This document shows positions 1 to 11,400 of a DNA stretch of 56,471 bases, piece after piece (position 1 is the stretch's first letter; every line of letters starts with the position of its first letter). The position numbers and the translations under genes were made by a program. The notes below the pieces were generated by a model. The model ran no database searches and was not told where the DNA came from. It saw only the letters and a list, made by a program, of their open reading frames with translations. Source of the stretch: Spongospora subterranea f. sp. subterranea (taxonomy: Eukaryota); assembly GCA_049724395.1 (NCBI GenBank), contig JAUGWO010000068.1:62001-118471 (forward strand), in the 5' to 3' direction.

Positions 1-3000
1 CATCAACGTCAATCTGATCACTCAATTCGGGGAAGGAGTGATTCACAAAAACCACGTCTTTTTGCAATCCAGTTATGTGATCATAGTTCTGTACCACATC
101 GCCATCGGCCAAATTCTCGTAGCATAACTCGCGAACCATTTTCGATATCTGCGGGCGCATCCGGTGCTGTGTCTGCAAAGACGTGAACTTATGATTCTCG
201 AGAATCAGGCGTTCGAATGTTGAGCGATTCAAGTCGAATCCGTTGCCGCTCTCCACTGTCAGTCGATAATCGCTCACTTTCGGCCGGAGTTGTTTGTGAT
301 CACCAATCATGATGATATTGCGAACATGGTGGTTCAGGGCTGCGATGACGTTCGCTTCGAGAATTTCGGCAGCCTCTTCGATAATAAGCACATCACATGC
401 GGCGTCATTGATCATAGAGCGGTACGTGGCAGCACCGGTGGCGGTACACCCGATAATGCGAGCCGTCTTTAGCTGATGCGAATGCCGTTTCCCATCGATA
501 AGGTCTTTTTCTCTTTCCAGATTCCGTAGATCGTCGAAGTGCTCAGATAGTTTTTCCAGTCGTAAATCAATATTGTTTGGATTCCATTTCGCAGGGAGTG
601 CATTGCCTTCATTGTTCGGTACTGTGGCTTCTCCATGAATCTTATGAAGAATGTCTCCGCGTCCGCGAATCCAACCGCCAGCATGTCCGATTAGAACATA
701 TCCGTCATCGTCGACAACATCATCGTCAAAAAACTCCTCCATTTCGCTGTCAAGGTGAGAGGTAAGTTTCTGGCAAGTCGGGTCTAAGTCTTTTTCCAAT
801 TGATGAAGGGTCTCAAAGACACCGTTCTTTGTCTGGGTGCGCTCTCCGCGAAGATCATTGATGCGGTTATAGCAAAAGTTTTCGTGCGTTGTGTGTGTGT
901 CTGGTTGGAACATATTGTACTCCAACAGACGTCTGCAGGTACTGCGTCCTCCGATCCGAACGATTTCTATGAGGCCGGCATCGAGCAGCGCTTCCAGAAA
1001 CTGGTCGAGTTGTCGGTTCGTATAACATATGCAGAGGATGCGGGTACTGCTGTTTAACAATAATGCTCTGGAGGCCATGACCCCGATCAATGTTTTCCCC
1101 GTACCAGGAGGGCCCTGAAGCGCAATTCCAGAAAATATTAGAGCATGTTACCAATCAATCGATGATCATCGTTGAAAACAAAACAACTTCGCATGGCTCA
1201 ATTCTTACCTGGATTAACGATATATTATGCCTTCTATCGATCGCCGTCAAAAACGATTGCCGTTGTGCTTGGTCCAGTTGCAAAAAGTTTTGATATAATC
1301 GTTTCCAATCACACATCATGTCACAATCTTGTTGGTTTTCCTGTGAAATCCTCTCGTGCACCATCTCCCTGAACATGCAAAACGAAATTTTCTTGGGAAT
1401 CCGGATTGATTTATCGCTGTTTGGTGATCGTGGCATGGCTAGGTCGTCGTATAGTGGGCACCCCATGGTTGTTTGAAGGGCACTCAGAACGGGCTCGTAA
1501 GAGAAGAATTCGGTACAGACGTGGATTAAGGCTCCTTGAAGTTTCGCTCGAATGCAATGATATAGAAAACCCATTTCAATCGAGCTCTCAACGGCAAAAC
1601 TGACTTGCATAAGCTTATGTGAATTGCCGTTGTTTTCCTCGAAACTTGGATTGAATATTAACCAAACGACTTTCCCAATAATAACGCCAACGTCTTCCAC
1701 GATGAAACACGCTAAAGACCCTTTGCTCAACCAATGAGTTCGCTTCCAATAATCCTCCTGGTCCTCTTCTTTCTGTGCGAGGACTGATTCTGGTTTTGGG
1801 ACATGGAGCTCTACACAAGGAACTGGGTCAATGGAAAAATTCGAGACTGAGACTTTGTCGAATTTGGGAACGTTGGGGGAAGCCGTATATGACCGTAATT
1901 TCTGGCGCAATGTACTCAGCATATCTTCGCGAACAAGGCGAAACGCCCGGTCCCGCATTCGCATCGTTGGCGACTCTGCTAGAAAACCGACGTCGTTATG
2001 CGCAGTGGGGAGGAACCCTGATTCATTTGGATCAGTACGCCACCAGGACTGAATCTCTTCCATCGTAGGAATTATGCGGATTTCGAGATAATCGATGCAA
2101 TCATTATCGTGACGCCCAAGTTGCTGCTCTACGGCGAAGACTGATGAATGAGTTGCATCCGGCATTAATTCCCTCCTGACTTGTGATGCCTGTTCATGAC
2201 CTTGGCGTTCAAGGAGCTCTGCCAATCGTTCCAAATGTTCAGAGTCTTGCGGGCTTTGCCGTGATCGAGAACAAAATGCAGAGCATGTTAAGAAAACAAT
2301 GAGGGATTCCATATCGGCAATGCATTCAGCGCTGGCGGCGTCGAAAATCTGCTGATACAATGACGGAACCGACCAGATCGCGTAAAGTAATCGTACAAAA
2401 GATGGTCGAGCCGTGAGATCATGACGCGCCACAGTGTTGATTAGCGCTTTTATCATCGGCATGATGAGCGTATTAACTACGACATTCGGTTGCACAGACG
2501 GATCGCTGAACATGAGGATCTCCCGCACGCGTTGGACTCCAAATGCCCCCGGTGATAGTATCATCCACATTGTCTTCAGAGGATCGTTTTGGCTCATCAT
2601 GGATAGCGACTTGACGAACTTGCATGCGTTCCAGTATCCGCCTAAAACTGCATTCTTATCGCGAAGCAACTTATCGAAAACTGGCCGATCGACATCAAAT
2701 GTCAATTGACACTTGGATATGCGATTACTTTTGTCTTGGAGATGGACTTTGGGGACAGATGTGTCGGAATTCGCCGCTTTCAACCTGTTGTCGACGTGGT
2801 CTGTATATGTTTTGACCGGGCATACACTTGTCACAATTGGCGTCTCTGCGGTATGTGCCTTCGTCTCGGGATCCTGAAATCCGCGTGCGCCGGAGGTAAG
2901 ACGTTGCATTTCAAGTAGCAATCTGTTTTGAGAGATTGGGTGTGAACCACCGACACCGCGTTTTTTAACTTGAAATTCCGTCAATAATCGGTTGAGTGAG

Positions 3001-3143
3001 ATCGTTTTGAAAGTTGGCGCCATGGTCGTTACTGGCACCTGCTCCGGCTTCACGGCTGAACGTTCGTCAGCGTCAGGCGTTGCGTTGGTCTTGGCGGTTT
3101 TGACCTGATCCCAGATTCTCTTTTCCTGCAACGGATAAACCAT
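1..3143 (-). CDS. ZNFX1/NFX1-type UPF1-like SF1 RNA helicase, paralogue A (3' part runs off the window start); intron 1115-1208
   Basis: Exon 1 (ORF 1155..3203; first ATG at 3143) has GRHDNDCIDYLEIRIIPT and RAFRLVREDML. A phase-0 GT-AG intron (CAG|GTAAG...TTCAG|GGC) joins IQ to GPPGTGKT. Exon 2 is open down to base 1 with [33 protein letters not shown] and QHRMRPQIS. Confidence 0.88.
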
Positions 3144-3760
3144 AATAATTAATGAAGCTGATTCACGCAACAAGGGAGATAACGGGTATCTCGACGTGTC
3201 CAATGCTACTTGCGCATCAGCATTTATGCGGACTGCACCGTTTCAGATTTTCCGCGTGCGAAGCAACGAAACCAACACTGCACTGAGCAAACGAAATGTC
3301 ACGTCACGGAACATCGGAGTTGCAGAACATTCACCCACTCAAGGCACCAACAAGCGGTGGCGTGTAAGTTCCGGAAACCCAAAGTGTTTCCAATCCACGA
3401 GACGGGTAACAGTCCAGACAGACAGCGGCTGGTCCCATTTCAGGATGATTAATGGACATGATCTTTCTCGGAGTTGTTGTTTCTTCTAGGCTGAGCAGCG
3501 AGCAAGGTGGTGAAATTTTCCGTAGCATCACAGCCCATCAAGCTAATTGTTGCCATCCTCAGCTTCCTAGACGTCGAAAACTCCTGCGCGTGTGGTTGGC
3601 ATCAGATGTAAAACCGCGTACGCCTGGTTTCACTATCAGGCAGCTTAAAGAGCACGCAAGTGGATTCAGGTCAATCGAACTGTTAACAATATATTAATGA
3701 GAACCGCGTAGCTTGTGGCAAATAAATATCAAAACGTATAGTTTGCAACACAACATCATG

Positions 3761-4800
3761 TCATGCTTCGATAGATGCTGATCTCGATCGCTGCAACAAA
3801 ATCAACTCAATCTCCAACGCCTTGGCGAAAACTTCCCCAGCCGGATTATCTCGTAGCAACGACGATCCATATACCACGTCAGACGACGTTAGGATTGCAT
3901 CCCTGGCACTATGCAGCAGCGCCACAGAGAATGCCACAAGGAATCCCTGTCCATGTCGCAATAGGAAGACGCGCTCCCAGACAGGGAGTAACGAGCCCGA
4001 CAGACCCGCAATAACGAACAGCGACAGGACCCACGAGGCTGAGTACCCTGACCAGATTGGGGTCCCCGGCCAGGCACCGGCCCATGTCGGGATCGTATAC
4101 CGCCGTTGCCGCTAGAACTGGGCCGGTAACGTCATCGTCTAATGTTACGCCAGTCACGTTACCGTTGCGGGTTGCGTAGGCGAGGCCTCGCGGTAACATG
4201 GCATGATTGCCCGACAACGCCAGGTACATGAAGAAAACGGACGCGTCCTCTAGATAAATGGTATGTTTAGCGAACTCAGACGGTGTGCAAAACGAAAGAG
4301 CAATCCGACTGATTTGAAATCGATATAAACTGTGGGACAATGACAAACTGCGGCTTTCAAAGGAATCAACCTCAAAAAATCAGAGAACGGCTGAGGTTTG
4401 ACAACATAGCAGTCGTACCTTCATTGGGGAATATGCTCAGGAGCATCGAGAGGATTGCCGCCTTGAAAACAATCGCTCGGCGATCGACGGCAACAACGCA
4501 GTCGACGACATGGTGAACATGGATGGCGCATTCAACAGGCGAGATTACAGTGCTGCCCGATGGGGCAAGCGCTGGGCTCACCTCCAACAGATCTTCATAC
4601 CGTTGCCGTTGCTGCGCCGCAACGAAGTCCCACAGGGGCCGATGCGATGGACGCAGCCCCAGCAACAATAGCCAGGTATCGGCTCGCATGTCATCGAGTA
4701 TAGTGTCGCCATGGCTGAGCTCCAGAAGGTTGACGACACGGCCTGTATCTGTCCAAGTTCCATCAATACCAAGAGGAATTTCGAAGAAACTACAAGCTAT
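3761..4800 (-). CDS. Degenerate Rab-GAP TBC-domain-like gene (multi-exon or decayed)
   Basis: RADTWLLLLGLRPSHRPLWDFVAAQQRQRYEDLL resembles the TBC N-terminal RxxxWxxLLGxxP...W...R..Y motif. EDASVFFMYL and FLVAFSVALLHSARDAIL resemble later TBC helices. Canonical IxxDxxR and YxQ fingers are not seen. Confidence 0.4.
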
Positions 4801-5399
4801 GCAAATTGAACGATTTTGCAAAAATTGGAACGATATTTTTTTTCGATAAGTTTGAAAATCTTTGTTCAATCAAACAGCTTCGAAGACTGCGCACCAATAG
4901 AATCTGAGCCATAGAGAGCGTCGCGGACCGATTGTTGCAGCTGTGTGCGGCGGTCAACCGGGCCCAATGCCGCCCGGTAATAGGCGAACCGGAAATTCCC
5001 CCGATACGGTCCCGACACCATCCTCGCCCGGGGCCACCGCGGACGACTGTCGCTGTGGCGTCAGATTAGGTACGGCGGTTCGGTTCGGTGCAATCAACGG
5101 AGCGTCAGGTTCGATCAGGCGGATCAACGCAGTCAATATTGGAAGCTCATGGCCATTTGTTCATATCGGCTTTGACGCAGATTCGGTGTCGACGAGTTAC
5201 TGATGGACCAGTACGTGTGGATACTTTCTGGAAAAAAAAAAATCCTCTCTCGCCAAAAATACAATGGTGAGCACAATTTGCGCACATCACACTTTGTGAT
5301 CTTTCCACCGAGTATCGATACGGGGTTTGCTCCACTTGGCCATTACGCTGTGTATCCTGGGCAGGGTAGCGCACAGTATTGATAAAGTCTGTGCAGTAT

Positions 5400-5957
5400 G
5401 CACGAAACCCGGATCCGCACTCCGTTGCCGGCTACGATTTCGAACACCTGAGGGCGTTTTGAGGGCACCGCTTTTTTGGTCAAACAAACAATCTGGCTTG
5501 TCTCCTTGTTCTGAATGACACCAAGCATTTTTTACAAAAGTCGTTTATTTTTCGCCTCAAAAATCAAATTGCAGTAATCGCGCTTTTGGACACTGCAGCA
5601 CCATACAAAAACTATAGCCGGCATTAGGAACCCGTTCTCAGTTCTCACCCAATTGTTGGCGATTGGGTGTCAGAAATATGCCCAGATAAGCTTCGTCGAC
5701 CCACGTCGTCCTCGAGATCTTTGAGCGGTATGTAGAAGGTTGAACACGAACGACGCTGCCCGAACGCCTTTTCCCCACAAACATGAACGCCACAAATTGT
5801 ACAGGCAACAGTTGTTTGTGTGTCACAAAGAGGGCATTCCTTTCTTCACAGACACTCGCGCATGGAAGGTATCCTTTTACAAACGAATTGCTGCATTCTG
5901 CGGGCGAATTCAACCATGCCAGTTTGTTTCTTTTCGGGGCTGTTGCGGCGTTGTCAG
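5400..5957 (-). mobile_element. Transposase C-terminal Cys-rich fragment (piggyBac-like CRD) plus 3' flank; homologous to 32015-32590
   Basis: Encodes KRNKLAWLNSP...HA.V and, as read in the better-preserved copies, TTVAC(T/I)ICGVHVC...SCWDLLH. Its reverse complement aligns along its length with 32015-32590. Confidence 0.55.
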
Positions 5958-6148
5958 CAGAACACAAACAACCGTTGCCTGTACAATTTGTGGCGTTCAT
6001 GTTTGCGTGGAAAAGGCGTTTGGGCAACGTCGTTCGTCTTGGGACTCTCTACATACCGCTCAAAGAATCAAAAAGCGGGACCGTCCTTCCCGTGATTCAG
6101 GAGCTCGAGGACGACGTGGTCGACGAAGCTTATCTGGGCATATTTCTG
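5671..6148. repeat. Fold-back inverted repeat: arms 5671-5821 and 5962-6148, 140-nt spacer
   Basis: CAGAAATATGCCCAGATAAGCTTCGTCGAC at 5671 pairs with GTCGACGAAGCTTATCTGGGCATATTTCTG ending at 6148. The left arm has a deletion of about 35 nt and several substitutions. Confidence 0.92.
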
Positions 6149-7561
6149 TTCAAGGCATGGGTTGCGCACAATATCGATCGATTCTGGATCTCGATCCATT
6201 TTTCGATGTTCTTCCGTCGAAACAAACCCTTTTCCACCAGACGGACGGCCTCCTAACTCGGACCCAGACCCGAACACTTCACCAGTTTCTGGCGACCAGT
6301 TTAGGACCTAGGTTTGGTACGAGCATACTCACAGAAAAACCCCAGTTTTCTATTGATTACGTATGGGAGCTATATGGTCAAAATACGAATCAGTAAATCA
6401 ATCTTTCTGGTTGCGAAAATGCTCAAACCTATTCTGTCACATATTATGGATGCTGAACTTCGACCGACTGCCATGGCAGATTGCCAAACCAGAAGAAGGC
6501 AATCGAGCAGAATATTATTCGCTTTCCTTTCGCTTGGATAGACCGTTTAATGAACCAGGCGTTAAGCAAAAATCAGCCCAAAACTTGCCTTCTGCTTTGT
6601 TGATTCTTCAACGTTTTCAGACCGGAGGCAATCCTTTGCTGCTTCATCCCAAAGCTTCCCTGGAAAGATCGACGCTGCTTGTAACTTTATGAATCAGCAA
6701 ACCTTTGGGTGAAGACGTCCTTAAACGTGGCAAAATCATGAAAGGCGAAGGCGAATTTTGGCAAATTGTTGCCGGGGTGAGGCAACAGTGACGATTGTGA
6801 TCGAGGCGTCCAGTTCTTTGTCATCGAACAACATCTAGATGAAAACATCCTGAGAAAGGCATCAATGGCTGCTGTACCGATCGGCTATTGACGTCAGGAG
6901 ATGGCGACCTAGACGCGGTGATCCCGTTCGCCATTGATGACGTCTGCGAAGCCGAGCAGGATGAAGCACCCTCGCAGACGTTTGGGGATCTTATCCTGGC
7001 CAGGCCCCATCAAACTGCATCGCCATCGTGCTGTCGATTCTCTCTCTGAAAAACCAGTTTACTCCTATCCCGTTTCCGGAGCCGATTCCGCATGTGAAAA
7101 GGCGTACTCATGATTCCGTCGTTGCAGATCGAGCCACATTGTGAGCAAACCCCTGATGCGTGTGCCGCCCATGGTCTCTCAACAGTTATCGGAGAGTGAC
7201 CCCGGATGATGGGCAGATGGGTGGAAGCGCTACTCATTCAAGACGACCATATTCGCATGGGGTGGAATCTACTGTACCACGATGGTGCAAAGTGATCAAA
7301 AGTGACCACCATTATCACACGCCGTCGCTGTGGACCTTGTCACGGAGCCTCTGACGCAGGAAATTTCAAGTTTCTGACTCTATTTCGGTCAGGTTTTTGT
7401 GAGACTTGGAGTCGACTGACTCGACTCCAAGTCGACTCCGAGTCATTTTGAGTCGACTTCGAGTCATTTTTACAGGTCTGCTCAAGTCTCCCTATCATTC
7501 CGGATTACGGACTGCGGGTACAGACGTACAGTTGGAGTCCGAGGTGCTGTTACCCGGTTGC

Positions 7562-8070
7562 GAGTCGACTCCGAACCTGAACTCATGAGTCGACTCCGAA
7601 CCTGAACTCATGAGTCGACTCCGAACCTGAACTCAGGAGTCGACTCCGAACCTGAACTCATGAGTCGACTCCGAACCTGAACTCATGAGTCGACTCCGAA
7701 CCTGAACTCATGAGTCGACTCCGAACCTGAACTCATGAGTCGACTCCGAACCTGAACTCATGAGTCGACTCCGAACCTGAACTCATGAGTCGACTCCGAA
7801 CCTGAACTCAGGAGTCGACTCCGAACCTGAACTCATGAGTCGACTCCGAACCTGAACTCATGAGTCGACTCCGAACCTGAACTCATGAGTCGACTCCGAA
7901 CCTGAACTCAGGAGTCGACTCCGAACCTGAACTCATGAGTCGACTCCGAACCTGAACTCATGAGTCGACTCCGAACCTGAACTCATGAGTCGACTCCGAA
8001 CCTGAACTCATGAGTCGACTCCGAACCTGAACTCATGAGTCGACTCCGAACCTGAACTCATGAGTCGACT
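7562..8070. repeat. Tandem array of 20 x 25-bp units GAGTCGACTCCGAACCTGAACTCAT
   Basis: Exact 25-bp period from 7562 to 8061; three units carry a T>G variant; no spacers. GACTC/GAGTC-rich flanks at 7401-7490 and 8062-8100. Confidence 0.97.
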
Positions 8071-8494
8071 CGACTCGACTCATGAGTTGTGCAAGTCTAG
8101 GTTCATGGGATCAGGTCGAGCGAGAGAAAATTGACGTTTTTGTCTTTCCAACCGGGGCAGTGATTGACGGTTTAGTTTGATGCGGAGACCAACGGATGCG
8201 GTTCTTCCGCACCCGCTCAAGTTTTTTGTTGTTTGGGTCGGTATTGGAGATCACGCCCCGAACAACCGGAGGTTAGTGTGTATTGTTCCTCACCTACTGC
8301 CGCTTGCAGAAATTGCTGATTGATGTGGTGCGAGTTGATCCTGCGCCAAACGCGGTCCGGATTAGTGATTTCGCCTACCCACCAGAGACGGTTTTTCTCC
8401 CTCTCTCTATATGATCACACAACATCTACAGATTGGTTTTTTGCCTTTAATCGACACCAAATGTACATAGATAATTTATTTGAGGCTTCGTCGC

Positions 8495-8615
8495 TGTCGG
8501 CCCGATGTTCCGCGTTGTTCAGCAAGACAACGCCAAGCCTCACATTCGTGCAGATGATCCCGCCTTTTTGGCGGTATCTAGGTTAGATGGTTTTGATATT
8601 CGGCTTCGTTGCCAG
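8495..8615 (+). mobile_element. Tc1/mariner (DD39D, plant/oomycete type) transposase fragment
   Basis: VVQQDNAKPHIRADDPAFLAVSRLDGFDIRLRCQ covers the second catalytic D and stops just before the expected PPNSPD motif. Confidence 0.8.
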
Positions 8616-9184
8616 CATGAGAATGATGGTTCCAAGTGGTGGGACGGTTACAACGACGAGGCTGTCGTTGTCCTTTCAGATTGTCAACCTATTAACTTCG
8701 TTAACCTTATTTCCATGGTTAAAAATCTTGCTGATATTCGACCTGCTTTAGTTCAAGTCAAGGGAGGCTATCGCAAGATTCCACAGCATATCATTGCCTC
8801 GTGCAATTTTACGATGAAGGAATGTTTTTCCGAGTTCAATGGTGATCAGTATTTAATTCCTTTATCGCATCGTTTTGATGAGATTAATTTATTTCGTTGT
8901 ACGATCCGGCGGACTGTGTCTGTCGAATCCATCGTCAACAGGCTCAACCTTGGCTTCGTACCACTCGTATTATCAAGGAGTATATCTGTGATTGGCCCAT
9001 GTACATGGAGTGTGCCAGGATTGCGGACGCGGCTCTTGCTACCATGGCCTCTTCTCCTGATGAAGGTTTGGATCTGTTGACCTCTGGACGTGATGCACAA
9101 GATGAGGCCGAGTTTGTTCCAGATTGCATCGATACGACTGAAACTCACAGCGCCTTTGAAGAAGCGTTGACAAAGGATTGCTGA
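8616..9184 (+). mobile_element. Endogenous CRESS ssDNA virus Rep fragment (SF3 helicase domain)
   Basis: KWWDGYNDEAVVVLSD (Walker B region), LADIRPALVQVKGG (motif B'), IIASCN (motif C) and LSHRF (Arg-finger position) occur in the order seen in circovirus-like Reps. A possible frameshifted tail continues to 9184. Confidence 0.8.
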
Positions 9185-9619
9185 TCGCGAAAAGCAGCGC
9201 CACCGTTTCTTCGAGACATGGCCTGGCTCATTATCAACGACATCATATCAATGGCCTGGGCCGTCCTCAAGTCGATGTTTTTAATCGCCGACTTCATTCA
9301 CATCTGTCGTTGCCTTTAGTCATCTACCTTGCTGTTCTTGTATCCGAGCTGCTGGAGCTTCGACAAGCCATCGGTACGATGGCGTTGATAATGAGGCAGG
9401 TCATGTCTTGAAGAGACGATGGCACGCTTTCAACTGCTCGCTCCATCTGCACCTCGAATCTCAATTCTTGGTGCGATGACAACCAGGGATGGTTGATCAG
9501 TCAACATAAAGTCCCCTTGCCAGCCAACCCTACGCGACCGGGTTTCGCCTTCGGTCATCAGGTCACCGCGCCGGTTGCCGTCCTTCGCCTCGGTGGTTTG
9601 AAAGGTAAGGACGTCCCTT

Positions 9620-9981
9620 TGTAAAAAAATGTAATGAAAGACATAGTTCCTCAAGAACATTGTTCAAGAAATGCGATCCTCGATCCTAGACCCAGGTAAA
9701 ATCAATTCTATACCTAGTAAACCAACCAAATAGAGACTCCGCCACAAAAGCTGCAGTTCCCTCCAGACAGAGAAAGAAGTCTACATATGCTGACAGATCG
9801 TCTCGTATAACCAATATGTTGGAATCCTTTGGAGTTAGAATGTCCCATATGAAATCAGAATGAATTACTTCGTTGCATTGTGATGGATGAATGGCACGGC
9901 CAAATGGTCCAGGGATAACACTACCTCCCCGATTGGTATTGCAGTGCATTTGCACTTAGCCGCATGGCCCATAACCCGAAT
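9620..9981 (-). mobile_element. Ty3/Gypsy integrase fragment
   Basis: MHC...IPGPFGRAIHPSQCNEVIHSDF...LVIRDDLSAYV...WF...WV*DRGSHFLN matches the oomycete-type Gypsy integrase core; in-frame stop. Confidence 0.8.
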
Positions 9982-10094
9982 TCGCAGACCATCGACTATC
10001 CGGTGACGGTTCATCATTGAAAGTTTTCTGTGCGACCTCAGAACCCAAAACACTTTCAATGATGAACCGTCACCGGATAGTCGATGGTCTGCGA
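9982..10094. repeat. Perfect 43-bp inverted repeat with 27-nt loop
   Basis: 9982-10024 is the exact reverse complement of 10052-10094 (checked base by base). Confidence 0.97.
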
Positions 10095-10099
10095 CCTCG

Positions 10100-10670
10100 G
10101 GGTAGCAGGTCCCGACAGGCGTTCGGTAATGACATACACATGAGAACAGCGATGACCACATCTGGAAGTGCCGATCCTCCTCGATCTCCTTCAGACGCAA
10201 GTTCAGATCTGTCATTGACTTAAAGTGGGTCTTTGCGTCCTCCACGGCTGGATTCTCCATTAGCCTCTTTCCGAAGAGCTCAATCAGCAATGTCGCCATG
10301 TCTTGATTCGTTGATCCTGTGTACTTTGTCGATAACGCCTCCCAGGCACCTGCAGGATCATTCGCAAAGCTTTTGATTAACGTTAGTTGACCCATTTCAA
10401 CGTTCCGCATCATCGCCAACATAGTTTTGACTTTCTTCATGGCGACATTGCTGATTGAGCTCTTAGGAAAGCGGATGAAGGAGATCGAGGAGGTTCGGCA
10501 CTTCCAGATGTGGTCATCGCCCTTGTCCACGTAATTCCAGTTTGAGGGTTGTCAATAGCGTCATCATGGCGAATCGCCACGATGTGTAGATACAGCGGCC
10601 GCTAAGCTTGAACCCTATGGACAGACTCTGGCGGCGGCTGCTGTTCGACGACGAGGATGTGGTGTCCATT
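10100..10670 (-). mobile_element. Ty1/Copia gag fragment (DUF4219 + UBN2/gag_2-like), frameshifted
   Basis: FKLSGRCIYTSWRFAMMTLL followed by QLTLIKSFANDPAGAWEALSTKY...KTHF, the typical Copia gag pattern. Confidence 0.7.
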
Positions 10671-10789
10671 GTAGCTGTGGGGCTGAGCTGGTCAGATGGG
10701 ACTCTTAATCCATTGCTGATCTCCTGATCTCCACACGACGATCGCATCGGATTTTTTTGAAACGATCTGAATGAACACAATCCCAACCA

Positions 10790-11400
10790 ATATCAGATAA
10801 TAAAATCGTTTCAGCAAAGACCTTTTGGTACTGGTAATAATCTTTTGAACACCTAGAGGTAATTCCTTAAGAGGATTAGTTAATTCGGTGTACCGAGGAA
10901 TACTATTTCGCATCCAATCAAGAGCACACACGATTTGTTGCAGTTCGACAGTTGTTCGACGTATTGGCATATTCTTCAACACGCTTTGAATCGAACATAA
11001 TACCCTTCTGAGAGATAACAAGACCAGTCGAATTTACTTCTCTTAAAAAAGTTGATACTGTACTTGTCTAGATCACATCTGACATTGAGTTCTTGCAATC
11101 GTGATAATGTAGGCAGAAGATCATAAACCGAGAACCTCTTGCATCACGGCCTGAAATACGAAAACAGACTCCACAATCCCTCGCCCTTTGAGGCGTGAAC
11201 ACAGCCTCGTGAGTCATCAAAGAACAGCCACTTGCGAATCTGAGTGTAATGGGACCTGCCAGTGCCCATTGAAGGCGTCAAACAGGAACAAAGATTCGTC
11301 ATCTTTTTCGATCACATCGATATGAATTAACGGCCATAAGTAGGGTGGGAAAACTTGTTCGATTTTTTTTTTGTGTCAATACAAAGGGGATACTTTATTA
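10790..11400 (-). mobile_element. Ty3/Gypsy reverse transcriptase/connection fragment (decayed)
   Basis: FDAFNGHWQVPLHSDSQ...MTHEAVFTP...VFQAVMQEVL and TTVELQQIVCALDWMRNSIPRY...PL; several frameshifts. Confidence 0.78.

Noticed and set aside
7562..8070. 25-bp palindromic repeat as a CRISPR array or coding repeat
   Set aside because: No spacers; the unit length is not a multiple of 3 and TGA stops recur.
8400..9700. CRESS origin stem-loop (NANTATTAC) or capsid gene
   Set aside because: I found no nonanucleotide in a hairpin and no recognisable capsid ORF by eye.
9966..9976. Copia PBS GGTTATGGGCC on the minus strand
   Set aside because: It lies downstream of the gag fragment and runs into Gypsy integrase sequence, so its position does not fit.
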